This document shows positions 45,851 through 55,203 of a stretch of 64,000 nt of DNA, one piece after another. Location: positions 2,170,806 through 2,234,805 of the forward strand of contig CAVYBA010000002.1 of NCBI GenBank assembly GCA_963766675.1, written 5' to 3'. The position numbers were made by a program, and so were the translations under genes. Position 1 is the first letter of the stretch, and the number at the start of each line of letters is the position of its first letter. Below the pieces are notes generated by a model that was given only the letters and a program-made list of their open reading frames with translations, searched no databases and had not been told where the DNA came from. Source of the stretch: an uncultured Chloroflexia bacterium. Its GTDB lineage: Bacteria > Chloroflexota > Limnocylindria > Limnocylindrales > CSP1-4.

Positions 45851-46966
45851 TCAGCGTCGGTCGTCCGCGGGACGATCCGCTCCGGCCGTCGGCCGGACCA
45901 GGTCCGGCGGATCCTCCCGGGCGGCAAACCCGAGCCGCTTTCCGCTGGACTTGCGCTCGGCCAGGGCGGCCAGCCGCTTGCGCGCGATCGCCAGACCGTC
46001 GGGCAGGTCCGAGGCGAGCAAGCCGGCGTCGCCGAGGCGTTCGCGAACGGATTCCCCCGACACGCCATGCAGGTAGACGCCGAGCCGGGCGGCGGCAAAG
46101 GGCGTGAGGCCCTGCGCGAGCAGCGACCCGATCGTGCCGGCCAGGACGTCGCCCGTCCCACCCGAGGCAAGTGCCGGGTTCTCGAACGGAGCGATGGCCA
46201 CCGTGCCGTCAACGTCCGCGATGACCGTCCGGGCGCCCTTGAGGACGACCACCGACCGCCACGCCGCCGCCGCATCGCGCGCTGCCGCCACCCGCGCCGC
46301 GTCATTCGCCGAGATGTCGCCGTCGTCGGCCTGGTCGCGACCGCTGCCGGCCCGGAGCCGCGCGAACTCTCCCGGATGGGGTGTCAGGACCGCCGGGCGC
46401 CGATCGCCTTCCCACCAGCCGTCCATGGTCGCCAGCGAGCGGAGTGCCTCGGCGTCGAGCACGATCGGGGCGGCATCGGCATCGCCCGGTGCGGCGATCA
46501 GCAGCCGCACCAGCTCGGCGGTGGCGAGACCGGGCTGCAGCCCGGGCCCGACCACGATGGCGTCGTGCTCGTGGTCGAGGACCCGGGCCAGCGCCGGTTC
46601 CGGGTCGACCTCCTCGACGTCGTCCTCCGGCAAGCCCATCGTGGTGGCCTCGACGACCTTGGCGGCGAACAGGGGCTGGAGCGATTCGGGAACCGCCAGC
46701 GTCACCAGGCCCGCGCCGGCACGGCCCGCAGCCCGGCAGACGAGGAGCGCGGCACCGGCATAGTCGAGTGACCCGGCGATCACCAGTACCTTGCCGAACG
46801 TGCCCTTGTGGCCGCGCTTGGGCCGCTCGGGAAGGAGCGCGGCCACCCCGTCGTCGTCGAGCCTGACGGCGTCGTCGGGAAACGGGTCCTCGCCCGGGGC
46901 GACCGAACCGCCCGAGGCTTCGTCGCGACGGCCGAACCCGAGCCCGACCGTCCGCCGATCAGTCAT
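45851..46966 (-). CDS. nnrD: ADP-dependent NAD(P)H-hydrate dehydratase (YjeF C-terminal type only)
   Basis: ORF trimmed to the ATG at 46966. HKGTFGKVLVIAGSLDYAGAALL and GTGDVLAG motifs. No YjeF_N epimerase domain. Confidence 0.85.
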   Translation of the reverse strand: MTDRRTVGLGFGRRDEASGGSVAPGEDPFPDDAVRLDDDGVAALLPERPKRGHKGTFGKVLVIAGSLDYAGAALLVCRAAGRAGAGLVTLAVPESLQPLFAAKVVEATTMGLPEDDVEEVDPEPALARVLDHEHDAIVVGPGLQPGLATAELVRLLIAAPGDADAAPIVLDAEALRSLATMDGWWEGDRRPAVLTPHPGEFARLRAGSGRDQADDGDISANDAARVAAARDAAAAWRSVVVLKGARTVIADVDGTVAIAPFENPALASGGTGDVLAGTIGSLLAQGLTPFAAARLGVYLHGVSGESVRERLGDAGLLASDLPDGLAIARKRLAALAERKSSGKRLGFAAREDPPDLVRPTAGADRPADDRR

Positions 46967-47516
46967 CGGAGCCTCCACGCTGCCGGGTCGCACCATCGGC
47001 CGATCTCAGGCGCTCCAGCCGGGCCAGGATCCGCTGCTCGCGTTCGTCGAGCCGGGCCTCGATGTCGAGCGGGAAGACGTACCGGCCGCCCGTGGTGCGG
47101 ACGCCGAAGGCGATGGCCACCGCGTAATCCAATTCGTGCGTGATCGAGACGGCGATCCGACCCATCCCCAGCTGGTCGGCGCGCGAGGCGGCACGCCCGT
47201 GCAGCCGGATCGCCGGCTGGCCGGTTGGCAACCGCTCGACCTCGATCTCCCGCCAGCCGATGCCGCGCACCCCGAGGCCGAGGACTTTCGACACGGCCTC
47301 CTTGGCCGCCCAGCGACCGGCCATCGTCTCCGGCCGGTCGCGGACGTAGCGGCGCTCCGCGTCGGTCAGGACTCGCCGCGAGAACCGCGGGCCGAACCGC
47401 TCCAGGGCGGCCCGGATCCGGGCGACCTTGATGATGTCGATCCCGAGCTCGGTCGTCCCCTCGGGAACGAACCCAGGCGGGATCGCGATGGAGTCAACCG
47501 GATCTGCGGTGGGCAT
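46959..47516 (-). CDS. acpS: holo-[acyl-carrier-protein] synthase with C-terminal extension
   Basis: ORF trimmed to the ATG at 47516. GIDIIKVARI and WAAKEAVSKVLG motifs. About 45 extra C-terminal residues. Confidence 0.85.
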   Translation of the reverse strand: MPTADPVDSIAIPPGFVPEGTTELGIDIIKVARIRAALERFGPRFSRRVLTDAERRYVRDRPETMAGRWAAKEAVSKVLGLGVRGIGWREIEVERLPTGQPAIRLHGRAASRADQLGMGRIAVSITHELDYAVAIAFGVRTTGGRYVFPLDIEARLDEREQRILARLERLRSADGATRQRGGSDD

Positions 47517-47521
47517 CGGGC

Positions 47522-49351
47522 CTACTCCACCGTGACCGACTTGGCGAGGTTGCGCGGCTGGTCGACGTCCGTGCCGCGGGCCACGGCGACGTGATAGGCG
47601 AACAGCTGGAGCGGGATGATGGACAGGACCGGGCTGAGGGCCTCGTGGGTGTCGGGGACCCAGCAGACGTCGTCGGCGTAGCGCTCGATCGAATCGTCGC
47701 CTTCGGTCGCCACCGCGATGACGCGCGCGTCGCGCGCTCGACCCTCCATGACGTTGCTGATCAGCTTGTCGTAGACCGCCGACCGGGTCGCCACGGCGAC
47801 CAGCGGGCACTCGGCGTCGAGCAGCGAGATCGGGCCGTGCTTGAGCTCGCCGGCCGCATAGCCCTCGGCGTGGACGTAGCTGACTTCCTTGAGCTTGAGG
47901 GCGCCCTCGAGGGCGGTCGGGAACGAGTAGCCCCGGCCCACGAACATGAAGCCGCGCGAGTTGACGTAGCGCCGGGCGAGGTCGCCGATCCCGGATGCGT
48001 TCGCGAGGGTGCGGCTGGCGGCCGCGGGCAGCGCGTGGAGCGCCGCGCCCAGCTCCTGCTCGTGCTCGGCACCCAGCGCCCCGCGAGCCTTGGCGATCGC
48101 CGCGGCCAGGATCACCAGGGTGGTCACCTGGGCGACGAAGGTCTTGGACGCCGCCACCGCGATCTCCGGACCGGCCTGCAGGAAGAGGACCCGGTCCGCC
48201 TCGCGGGTGATGGCGCTGCCGACGGTGTTGGTGACGGCGATCACGGGCGCCCCGCGCTGGCGCGCGAGTCGGGTCGGCGCGATGGTGTCGGCGGTCTCGC
48301 CGGACTGGGTCACGGCGATCACCAGCGTCCGCGCATCGAGCGGAGGTGGGCTGTAGCGGAACTCCGACCCGACATTCGCCCGGGCCGGGATCCCGACCCA
48401 GTCCTGGATCGCGGCGGCCCCCACGAGCGAGGCATAGTAGGCAGTGCCGCACGCGATCAGCTCGACCCGGTCGATCGTGCGCAGCGTCTCGTCGAAGCCT
48501 TCGAACTCCTCGAGCCAGATCCGATTGGCGCTGGTCACCCGTCCGGCGATGGCCTGGCGGAGCAATTCCGGCTGCTCATGGATCTCCTTGAGCATGAAGT
48601 GCTCGTAGCCGCCCTTCTCGGCGGCCTCGGGTGTCCAGGTGATGGTCGTCTCGGCCCGTTCGCGTCGGTTGCCGAACTTGTCCGTCACCTCGACTCCGGT
48701 GGGCACGACGTCGGCGACGTCACCTTCCTCGAGGAAGATGACCCGGTTGGTGTGGGCGAGGATGGCGGCCACGTCGCTGGCCAGGAAGCTCTCGTCACCG
48801 TTGCGACCGACGATGAGCGGGACGTCCTGCCGGGCCCCGACCAGGCGGCTGATCTCCGCCTTGTGCATGACGACCAGGGCGTAGGCGCCCTCGAGCTGGC
48901 GGAGGGTGGCCCGAACGGCATCGGCCAGGTCTCCGTCGTAGGCCTCCTCCACCAGGTGGGCGATCGCCTCGGTATCGGTCTCGGACGTCAGGCTGTGGCC
49001 GCGTGCCTCGAGGCCGTCGCGAAGCTCCCGGAAGTTCTCGATGATCCCGTTGTGGATGACCGTGATGTCGCCGGTGCAGTCCTGGTGGGGATGCGCGTTC
49101 AGGTCGTTCGGCCGGCCATGGGTCGCCCAGCGGGTGTGCGCCAGGCCGATCGCGGCGCGCGGGGTCCGGTCGGCGATCGCGGTGGTCAGGTTCGCCAACT
49201 TGCCTGCGCGCTTCTCGACGAACAGGACGCCGTCCTCGTCGACCAGCGCAATCCCGGCCGAATCATAGCCGCGGTACTCGAGCCGCCTGAGGCCTTCGAT
49301 TAGGATCGGGCCCGCTTCCCGCGGACCGGTATAGCCGACGATGCCGCACAT
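47522..49351 (-). CDS. glmS: glutamine--fructose-6-phosphate aminotransferase
   Basis: 609 aa. MCGIVGY N-terminal nucleophile, two SIS domains, C-terminal ...AKSVTVE. Confidence 0.95.
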   Translation of the reverse strand: MCGIVGYTGPREAGPILIEGLRRLEYRGYDSAGIALVDEDGVLFVEKRAGKLANLTTAIADRTPRAAIGLAHTRWATHGRPNDLNAHPHQDCTGDITVIHNGIIENFRELRDGLEARGHSLTSETDTEAIAHLVEEAYDGDLADAVRATLRQLEGAYALVVMHKAEISRLVGARQDVPLIVGRNGDESFLASDVAAILAHTNRVIFLEEGDVADVVPTGVEVTDKFGNRRERAETTITWTPEAAEKGGYEHFMLKEIHEQPELLRQAIAGRVTSANRIWLEEFEGFDETLRTIDRVELIACGTAYYASLVGAAAIQDWVGIPARANVGSEFRYSPPPLDARTLVIAVTQSGETADTIAPTRLARQRGAPVIAVTNTVGSAITREADRVLFLQAGPEIAVAASKTFVAQVTTLVILAAAIAKARGALGAEHEQELGAALHALPAAASRTLANASGIGDLARRYVNSRGFMFVGRGYSFPTALEGALKLKEVSYVHAEGYAAGELKHGPISLLDAECPLVAVATRSAVYDKLISNVMEGRARDARVIAVATEGDDSIERYADDVCWVPDTHEALSPVLSIIPLQLFAYHVAVARGTDVDQPRNLAKSVTVE

Positions 49352-49427
49352 CCGGGTCAGGCCCTCCGCTCATGCCCGCCGGACGCGCGCGGCGAAGCGT
49401 GATGACGCCACTGGATGGGCACCGTGG

Positions 49428-50762
49428 TCAGTTTAGACGCTCTCCGGCCAGGGCAGCCAGGCGGTCGGCGAGCTCGGTGACCAAGCCCTCGTCCGGCCCC
49501 TCCACCATCACCCGCAGCGCGGGCTCCGTGCCGGACGGCCGCACCAGCACCCGACCGCCCGCACCGAGCCGATCGGCCGCGTCGGCGATCGCCCGCTGGA
49601 GCGTCGGGTCGCCCTCCCATTGGTCCTTGTGACGAGCCTTCACGGCCCGCTGTTGCTGCGGCAGCATCGGGATGGCGGCGGCCAGCTCGGCGAGACCCGC
49701 TCCCCGGCGGCGCATGACCCGGAGGACCTCCAGGGCGGTCACGATCCCGTCGCCCGACGTGGTGTGCTCGAGCACAATCACGTGGCCGCTCTTCTCACCG
49801 CCGAGGCCGGCGCCGCTGACCTGCATCCCCTCGAGGATGTACTTGTCGCCGACCGGGGTCCGCACGATCTGGCCGCCGGCGGCCTCGACCGCGGCCTGGA
49901 GCCCGCCGTTGGACAGGACCGACACGACGAGCGCGCCGCCCGGCAGCCTTCCCCGCTCCAGCCGGTCGAGGGCGAGGATGCCGAGCACCTGGTCGCCGTC
50001 CACGACCTGCCCCGCGGCGTCCACCGCGATGAGCCGGTCGGCGTCGCCGTCGAGCGCGAACCCGACGTCGGCGCCGGCCGCGATGACCGCTTCCGCCAGC
50101 GATGACGGCGCCGTCGCCCCGGCCCGAACGTTGATGTTGACGCCGTCAGGCTCGGCGTGGATGACGCTGACCGTCGCCCCGGTCGCGGCCAGGATCTGCG
50201 GTCCAACGAAACAGCCGGAGCCGTTCGCCCCGTCGAGGATGAGCCGGGTGCCCGCCGCGTCGATGCCCGATGCCAGCCCGATCCGGTGGCGGAGGTAGTC
50301 GTCGAGGCGCGGCCGGGCGTCGATGGTCCGGCCGATGTCGGCATTGGCCGGACCGATCAGCTCCTCGGTTCGCCAGATCAGCTGCTCGAGCTCGTCCTCG
50401 ATCGCGTCGTCGAGCTTGAGGCCCTGTCGGTCGAGGACTTTCAGGCCGTTGTCGTCGGCCGGGTTGTGCGAGGCCGAGACCATGATCCCCGCGGCGAAGT
50501 CGCCCGCGCCGGTGAGGTAGGCCAGCGCCGGCGTGGGAACGACACCCACGACGTGGACGTCGGCTCCGAGGCTCGTCGCCCCGGCGACGATCGCCGAGAC
50601 GAACATGTCGCCGGATCGGCGCGTGTCCTGGCCGACGACGATCGAGCCGTCACGACCCACGAGGCGGTGGGCCACCGCCCGCCCCAGGGCGTACGCCATC
50701 GTGGGCTTGAGGTCGACGTTCGCGACACCACGGATCCCATCCGTGCCGAACAGGCGGACCAC
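49428..50762 (-). CDS. glmM: phosphoglucosamine mutase
   Basis: 444 aa. LFGTDGIRG and active-site SASHNPADDNG. Confidence 0.93.
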   Translation of the reverse strand: MVRLFGTDGIRGVANVDLKPTMAYALGRAVAHRLVGRDGSIVVGQDTRRSGDMFVSAIVAGATSLGADVHVVGVVPTPALAYLTGAGDFAAGIMVSASHNPADDNGLKVLDRQGLKLDDAIEDELEQLIWRTEELIGPANADIGRTIDARPRLDDYLRHRIGLASGIDAAGTRLILDGANGSGCFVGPQILAATGATVSVIHAEPDGVNINVRAGATAPSSLAEAVIAAGADVGFALDGDADRLIAVDAAGQVVDGDQVLGILALDRLERGRLPGGALVVSVLSNGGLQAAVEAAGGQIVRTPVGDKYILEGMQVSGAGLGGEKSGHVIVLEHTTSGDGIVTALEVLRVMRRRGAGLAELAAAIPMLPQQQRAVKARHKDQWEGDPTLQRAIADAADRLGAGGRVLVRPSGTEPALRVMVEGPDEGLVTELADRLAALAGERLN

Positions 50763-50768
50763 GGCGGC

Positions 50769-52016
50769 TCAGCTCCCCGACGGCGACGGTGACGGACCGG
50801 TCGACGGCGGCGGCGAGCTGGTCGCCGTGATCGTGACGCTCACCGTCGCCGGACTGGCCGAGACCAGGGTGGGGCCGGTCGGCAGGTCGATGCTGACCGG
50901 CACGTCCACGATGCCGGGGCCCAACCCGGTCACGTCGAGGTCCACGACCAGGGCCGACCCGGTCAGGCGGTCGAGGTCGGCCGTGGACCCGCCGATCGTC
51001 ACGATGACCCGGTCGGTCGTGAAGTCGTAGGACAGATCGCGTCGCGTGCCAACCAGCCGGAGCCCGGCGCTGTAGCTGCGCGTCTCGGTGACCTGGCGGA
51101 CCTTGATCGAGACCTTGATCGGTTGGGTCCCGACGGTCTCGATCCCGGTCGGCAGTGCCAGCGATGTCTCGACGGTCGTGTTCGAGGACACGCCGGTCAT
51201 CGGGATCGGGCTGGTGTCGATGCTGACGAGGTGCGCCAGCTGGTCGGCGTCGCCTTCCACCAGCACGACCTCGGGATCGACCGTGACGCCGGCGATCTCG
51301 AAGCCGGCCGCGGGCACGCCGCTGAGGACCGGATTGATCGGCAGGGACCGCGTCTGCCGGTCGGAGAAGACCGGGATGGTGATTCTCGCCGTCGACGGCG
51401 TGACGTCGACCGTTCGCACGGCGTTGCCGACCCCGTCGATCGGCACCAGTTGGACGTCCTCGTCGACGTCGATCCCGGATGGCTGGATCTGCACGTCGGC
51501 GCGGACCGCGACGACCTGGCGCACCACGGACTGTGGGCCCGATACGGTCACGGTCGGCGGCGTCACGGTGGTGTCGCCCAGGTCGAGACCCGGTGGCACG
51601 ACGCCCCGCTCGACCTGCACCGGAACCGTCTGCTGGCGGATCGGGTCGAGCTGCACGCTCATGAACTGCGGCTCGTAGCCGAGGACGTGGATCCGTGAAT
51701 CCGGCGAGCTCAACTCGATCCGCACGCTGACCGTGCCGGCCTGGGGGTCGACCGAGGAGAGGTCGACCGTGGCGGTGAAGGAGCTGCTGGTGACCGGCAC
51801 GCCGGCCGGCGCAAAGTAGCGGACCACCGTCACCGGCGGCGGGATCGTAAGCAGGAAGGTGTCGGCGGGCTGGCCGACCGTGTCCACCCGGATGTCGGTG
51901 TTGAGCGTCTGGGTGCTCTCGGACAGCACCAGGCCGCCATACATCAGCGTGGCCAACCCGATCGCCGCCAGCTTGAGTGGCCAGTTATGCACGATCCGCG
52001 CGAGGAGTCGCCTCAC
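50769..52016 (-). CDS. cdaR: YbbR-domain protein, CdaR-like regulator of diadenylate cyclase
   Basis: N-terminal TM helix (NWPLKLAAIGLATLMYGGL), repeated YbbR-like beta modules and a Pro/Ser-rich tail. Start overlaps the cdaA stop. Confidence 0.8.
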   Translation of the reverse strand: MRRLLARIVHNWPLKLAAIGLATLMYGGLVLSESTQTLNTDIRVDTVGQPADTFLLTIPPPVTVVRYFAPAGVPVTSSSFTATVDLSSVDPQAGTVSVRIELSSPDSRIHVLGYEPQFMSVQLDPIRQQTVPVQVERGVVPPGLDLGDTTVTPPTVTVSGPQSVVRQVVAVRADVQIQPSGIDVDEDVQLVPIDGVGNAVRTVDVTPSTARITIPVFSDRQTRSLPINPVLSGVPAAGFEIAGVTVDPEVVLVEGDADQLAHLVSIDTSPIPMTGVSSNTTVETSLALPTGIETVGTQPIKVSIKVRQVTETRSYSAGLRLVGTRRDLSYDFTTDRVIVTIGGSTADLDRLTGSALVVDLDVTGLGPGIVDVPVSIDLPTGPTLVSASPATVSVTITATSSPPPSTGPSPSPSGS

Positions 52017-53059
52017 CGCGCCACCCGGGCGCTCGCGGACCGCGCCTGGTCCTCGTCATCGCCGGAACCGGGGGCCGGGGGCGCGCCACCGGCAGCGCCG
52101 CCTGTCGAAACGGGCGCGGGCGGCGCTCCGGGACCGCCGCGCGTGCCCTGACGGCGCTTGATCGCCCCCGCCAGGCGCCCGCGACCCATCATCCGACCCA
52201 CGTCGGCCAACCGGCGGGTCCCGATCCCCGCGGCGCGGCCTTCGCTGGCCACTCGCAGGCCGAGCGCGCCGCGCCTGGCAGCGGCCGGGTCGAGCAGGCC
52301 CTGGATCGCCCGGCTCAGCCCGACCTCGGTCAGGTTGCGCACGATGCGCGCCCGTTCCACGAGGCTGACCTGGCCGTTCTCCTCGGAGACGACGATCACC
52401 ACCGCATCGGTCTGCTCGGTGATGCCCAGGGCCGCCCGATGACGCGTCCCGAACCGCTCCGAGTAGATCGACGTCTCGGCAAGCGGCAGCAGCGCGCCCG
52501 CGGCGACGATGCGGTCCTCGCGGATGATCACCGCACCGTCATGCAGTGCCGACCGGGGCATGAAGATCGTGCTCAGCAGGTCGGCCGAGACGTCGGCATG
52601 GATCATCACGCCCGTCTCGGCGACCTCCTCGAGCCCGGTCTCGCGCTCGAGCACGATGAGTGCGCCATGCCCCTCGGCCGACAGTTCGGCCGCGGCACGA
52701 GCCACCTCGGTGCCCACGAGCTCGGCTGTGCGGGACTGGGCGGGCAAGAGCAGCCAGCCGAGCGAGCCCACTCGCCCGATCCGCTCGAGCGCCCGCCGGA
52801 GCTCGGGTTGGAAGATCACGACCAGGGCGAACAGACCGACGACGGCGCCGTCCTGGAGGATCTGGGTGAGCAACCGAAGCTCGAACGCGACGGCCAGGCC
52901 GTAGACCACGAAGAGGACGCTCACGCCGATGACCAGCCTGACGGCACGGGTCCCGCGGATCAGGCTGAACAGCCAGTAGATCAGGAGAGCCGTGATGCCG
53001 ATATCGACGATCGACGAGAGGCTGACCCCTTCGAGGATCGATCCAAGGAGCTGCGGCAT
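52013..53059 (-). CDS. cdaA: diadenylate cyclase CdaA (membrane-anchored DAC domain) with Gly/Ala/Arg-rich tail
   Basis: Three N-terminal TM helices. DAC motifs GALIVLE and TRHRAALGITEQTDAVVIVVSEENGQVS. Confidence 0.88.
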   Translation of the reverse strand: MPQLLGSILEGVSLSSIVDIGITALLIYWLFSLIRGTRAVRLVIGVSVLFVVYGLAVAFELRLLTQILQDGAVVGLFALVVIFQPELRRALERIGRVGSLGWLLLPAQSRTAELVGTEVARAAAELSAEGHGALIVLERETGLEEVAETGVMIHADVSADLLSTIFMPRSALHDGAVIIREDRIVAAGALLPLAETSIYSERFGTRHRAALGITEQTDAVVIVVSEENGQVSLVERARIVRNLTEVGLSRAIQGLLDPAAARRGALGLRVASEGRAAGIGTRRLADVGRMMGRGRLAGAIKRRQGTRGGPGAPPAPVSTGGAAGGAPPAPGSGDDEDQARSASARVAR

Positions 53060-53117
53060 CGTCGATCGAGTGTAGCATCGCCCTCCGCCCGATCGGGCCG
53101 GCGGCGGCGCACACAGC

Positions 53118-54062
53118 TCAGGCGCAGATCGCGGTCAGTCTCGGCTCGTCGACGAAGCGCGCGGCCACCAGCGCGCACAGGCGGGCCCGGGCGTCCGCGT
53201 TGCCGGTCAGCTCGACGAGGCGACCAAGCAGGACCAGCTTGTCGGCCGAGAGCGTTCGCCAGCCCCGGTCCAGGTACAGCTCGGCCAGCGCGAGGTGGAT
53301 CTCCGGATCCGCGGGAGCGATCGACAGGGCCTCGTAGCAGGCATCGATCGCCGCATGGAGCTGGCCAAGCGACCGGTGCCCACGGACCGCCAGGACCACG
53401 GTCCGCCGGGTTTCGTCGAGATCGCCGACGTCGATGGCAGCCTCGACCGCAAAGGTCAGCGCACCCGGATCCGATGGCGGCGGGGATGGCTCCCCGGGCG
53501 CGGTCGCCGCGGGTTCGCTGCCCGCCTCGGAGTCCGGTGCGGTCGGTGCCGGCCGTACAGTCGGATCGATGTCGAGGACGCCCAGGGCCCGCGCCAGCGC
53601 CTCGGCCGCGGCCGGGTCGCCGCTTGTCTGGCGGAGCCGCGCGACGAGCCCGGCGAACCCCTTGCGCCGGCCGCGTGATTCGGCCAGCTCGAGCGCGTAC
53701 CGGGCGGCGTCGCACGCGTCGGCCAGGCGCCCGTCGCCCTCCAACACGGCGGCGAGGCGATCGAGCGTCGCGGCGGCTTCGGCCCGACGGCCCATCCCGG
53801 CCAGGACGTCGGCCCGGCCGCGAAGGGCGGCCTCGTCGCCAGGGGCACGGGCAAGTGCGGCGGCATACGCCGCCAAGGACTCGTCCGGCCGTCCGAGACG
53901 CGCCAGGACGCCGCCCAGCCCGACGTAGGGCAGGGCTCGATCGGGCGCCATTCGGGAGGCTTCCCGGTACGCCGACAGGGCAGGCTCGAGCCGGCCGCGC
54001 AGGGCCGCGAGATGGCCGCGTCGGAGCGCGTCCTTGTAGCCCTCGTAGAGCGATCCACTCAT
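53118..54062 (-). CDS. TPR-repeat protein
   Basis: ORF trimmed to the ATG at 54062, which overlaps the argF stop (ATGA). Ala/Leu/Arg-rich TPR-like helical pairs flank a Pro/Ala/Ser linker. Confidence 0.6.
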   Translation of the reverse strand: MSGSLYEGYKDALRRGHLAALRGRLEPALSAYREASRMAPDRALPYVGLGGVLARLGRPDESLAAYAAALARAPGDEAALRGRADVLAGMGRRAEAAATLDRLAAVLEGDGRLADACDAARYALELAESRGRRKGFAGLVARLRQTSGDPAAAEALARALGVLDIDPTVRPAPTAPDSEAGSEPAATAPGEPSPPPSDPGALTFAVEAAIDVGDLDETRRTVVLAVRGHRSLGQLHAAIDACYEALSIAPADPEIHLALAELYLDRGWRTLSADKLVLLGRLVELTGNADARARLCALVAARFVDEPRLTAICA

Positions 54063-55021
54063 GCCGCCTGGTCCCCTCCGAGGACCTCCACGAGCAGGCC
54101 CTTCTGCACGTGGAGGCGGTTCTCCGACTGTTCCCAGATGAGGCTCCGCGGACCATCCATGACCGCCGACGTGATCTCCTCGCCGCGGTGGGCCGGCAGG
54201 CAATGCATCGCAACCACCTCTTGACCGGCGGCGTCGAGCAGCGCGTCATCGACCTGATAGCCGGCGAACGCGTCCCGTCGCTCCTCGGTCTCGGCCTCCT
54301 GCCCCATCGACGTCCAGGCATCGGTATAGACGACGGACGCGCCCCGCACGGCCTCGTACGGATCCTGCCCGAACGACAGGCGGCCACCGGATGCCGCGGC
54401 CAGCTCGCGGGCGCGGGACACGATCCGTTTGTTCGGTGCGTAGCCCTGCGGATGCGCCAGCCGAACCTCCATCCCGAAGGCCGCGCCGAGCAGGGCCAGC
54501 GAGTGATAGACGTTGTTCCCGTCGCCGACGAAGGCGAGGACGAGCCCGGCCAGCCGTCCGAACCGCTCCTGCACGGTGAACAGGTCGGCCAGGGCCTGGC
54601 AGGGGTGCTCGCGCAGCGTCAGTCCGTTGATCACCGGGACGTTGGCCTGGGCGGCCAGCTCGAGCGCCACCTCATGGGGTCCCGTCCGGACCATGATCGC
54701 GTCCACGACCCGCTCGAGGTTGCGGGCAACGTCGCGGACGCTCTCACGGGCGCCCAGCACGGCGTCGTTTGTCAGGTAGACCGCGTGGCCCCCCAGCTGC
54801 GCCATGCCAGCCTCGAAGGTGACCCGCGTCCTGAGGCTCGGCTTCTGGAACAGCATCGCCAGCGTCCGGCCGGGCAGCGGCAGCGGCGCGTGGCGGCGCG
54901 TGGCCCGGAACTCGGCCTTGAGCCTCGATGCGGTCGCGTACACCCGGCGCACCTCGTCCGCCGAGAAATCGGCAACGCTCAGGAGGTCCCGACCGATCAG
55001 CGAGGAGGACGGCGTGCTCAT
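54059..55021 (-). CDS. argF: ornithine carbamoyltransferase
   Basis: 320 aa. FQKPSLRTRVTFE and HCLPAHRGEE motifs. Confidence 0.9.
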   Translation of the reverse strand: MSTPSSSLIGRDLLSVADFSADEVRRVYATASRLKAEFRATRRHAPLPLPGRTLAMLFQKPSLRTRVTFEAGMAQLGGHAVYLTNDAVLGARESVRDVARNLERVVDAIMVRTGPHEVALELAAQANVPVINGLTLREHPCQALADLFTVQERFGRLAGLVLAFVGDGNNVYHSLALLGAAFGMEVRLAHPQGYAPNKRIVSRARELAAASGGRLSFGQDPYEAVRGASVVYTDAWTSMGQEAETEERRDAFAGYQVDDALLDAAGQEVVAMHCLPAHRGEEITSAVMDGPRSLIWEQSENRLHVQKGLLVEVLGGDQAA

Positions 55022-55081
55022 GCCGCCACTCTACAGTCGCGCGACCCCGGAAGGCGAACCTCGGTATCGCAAGTCACCGAT

Positions 55082-55149
55082 GAGCGAGCGCACTGGAAGT
55101 GCGTGAGCGAACGAGCGGAGCCGGCAACGCCGGCCTGGGCCGTCCCGGC
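55082..55149. repeat. intergenic structured repeat, copy 1 (68 bp, identical to copy 2)
   Basis: GAGCGAGCGCACTGGAAGTGCGTGAGCGAACGAGCGGAGCCGGCAACGCCGGCCTGGGCCGTCCCGGC. Contains hairpins CGCAC-TGGAA-GTGCG and GCCGGC-AAC-GCCGGC. Confidence 0.9.
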
Positions 55150-55203
55150 CGAACTGCCTCGCGGCCGCCCGGACGGTTCAGGCCAAGGCGCCGGCGAGCA
55201 CGC

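Noticed and set aside
49352-49427. Possible glmS ribozyme upstream of glmS
   Set aside because: Only 76 nt separate glmM and glmS, and I could not find the conserved ribozyme core. glmS appears to be read through from glmM instead.
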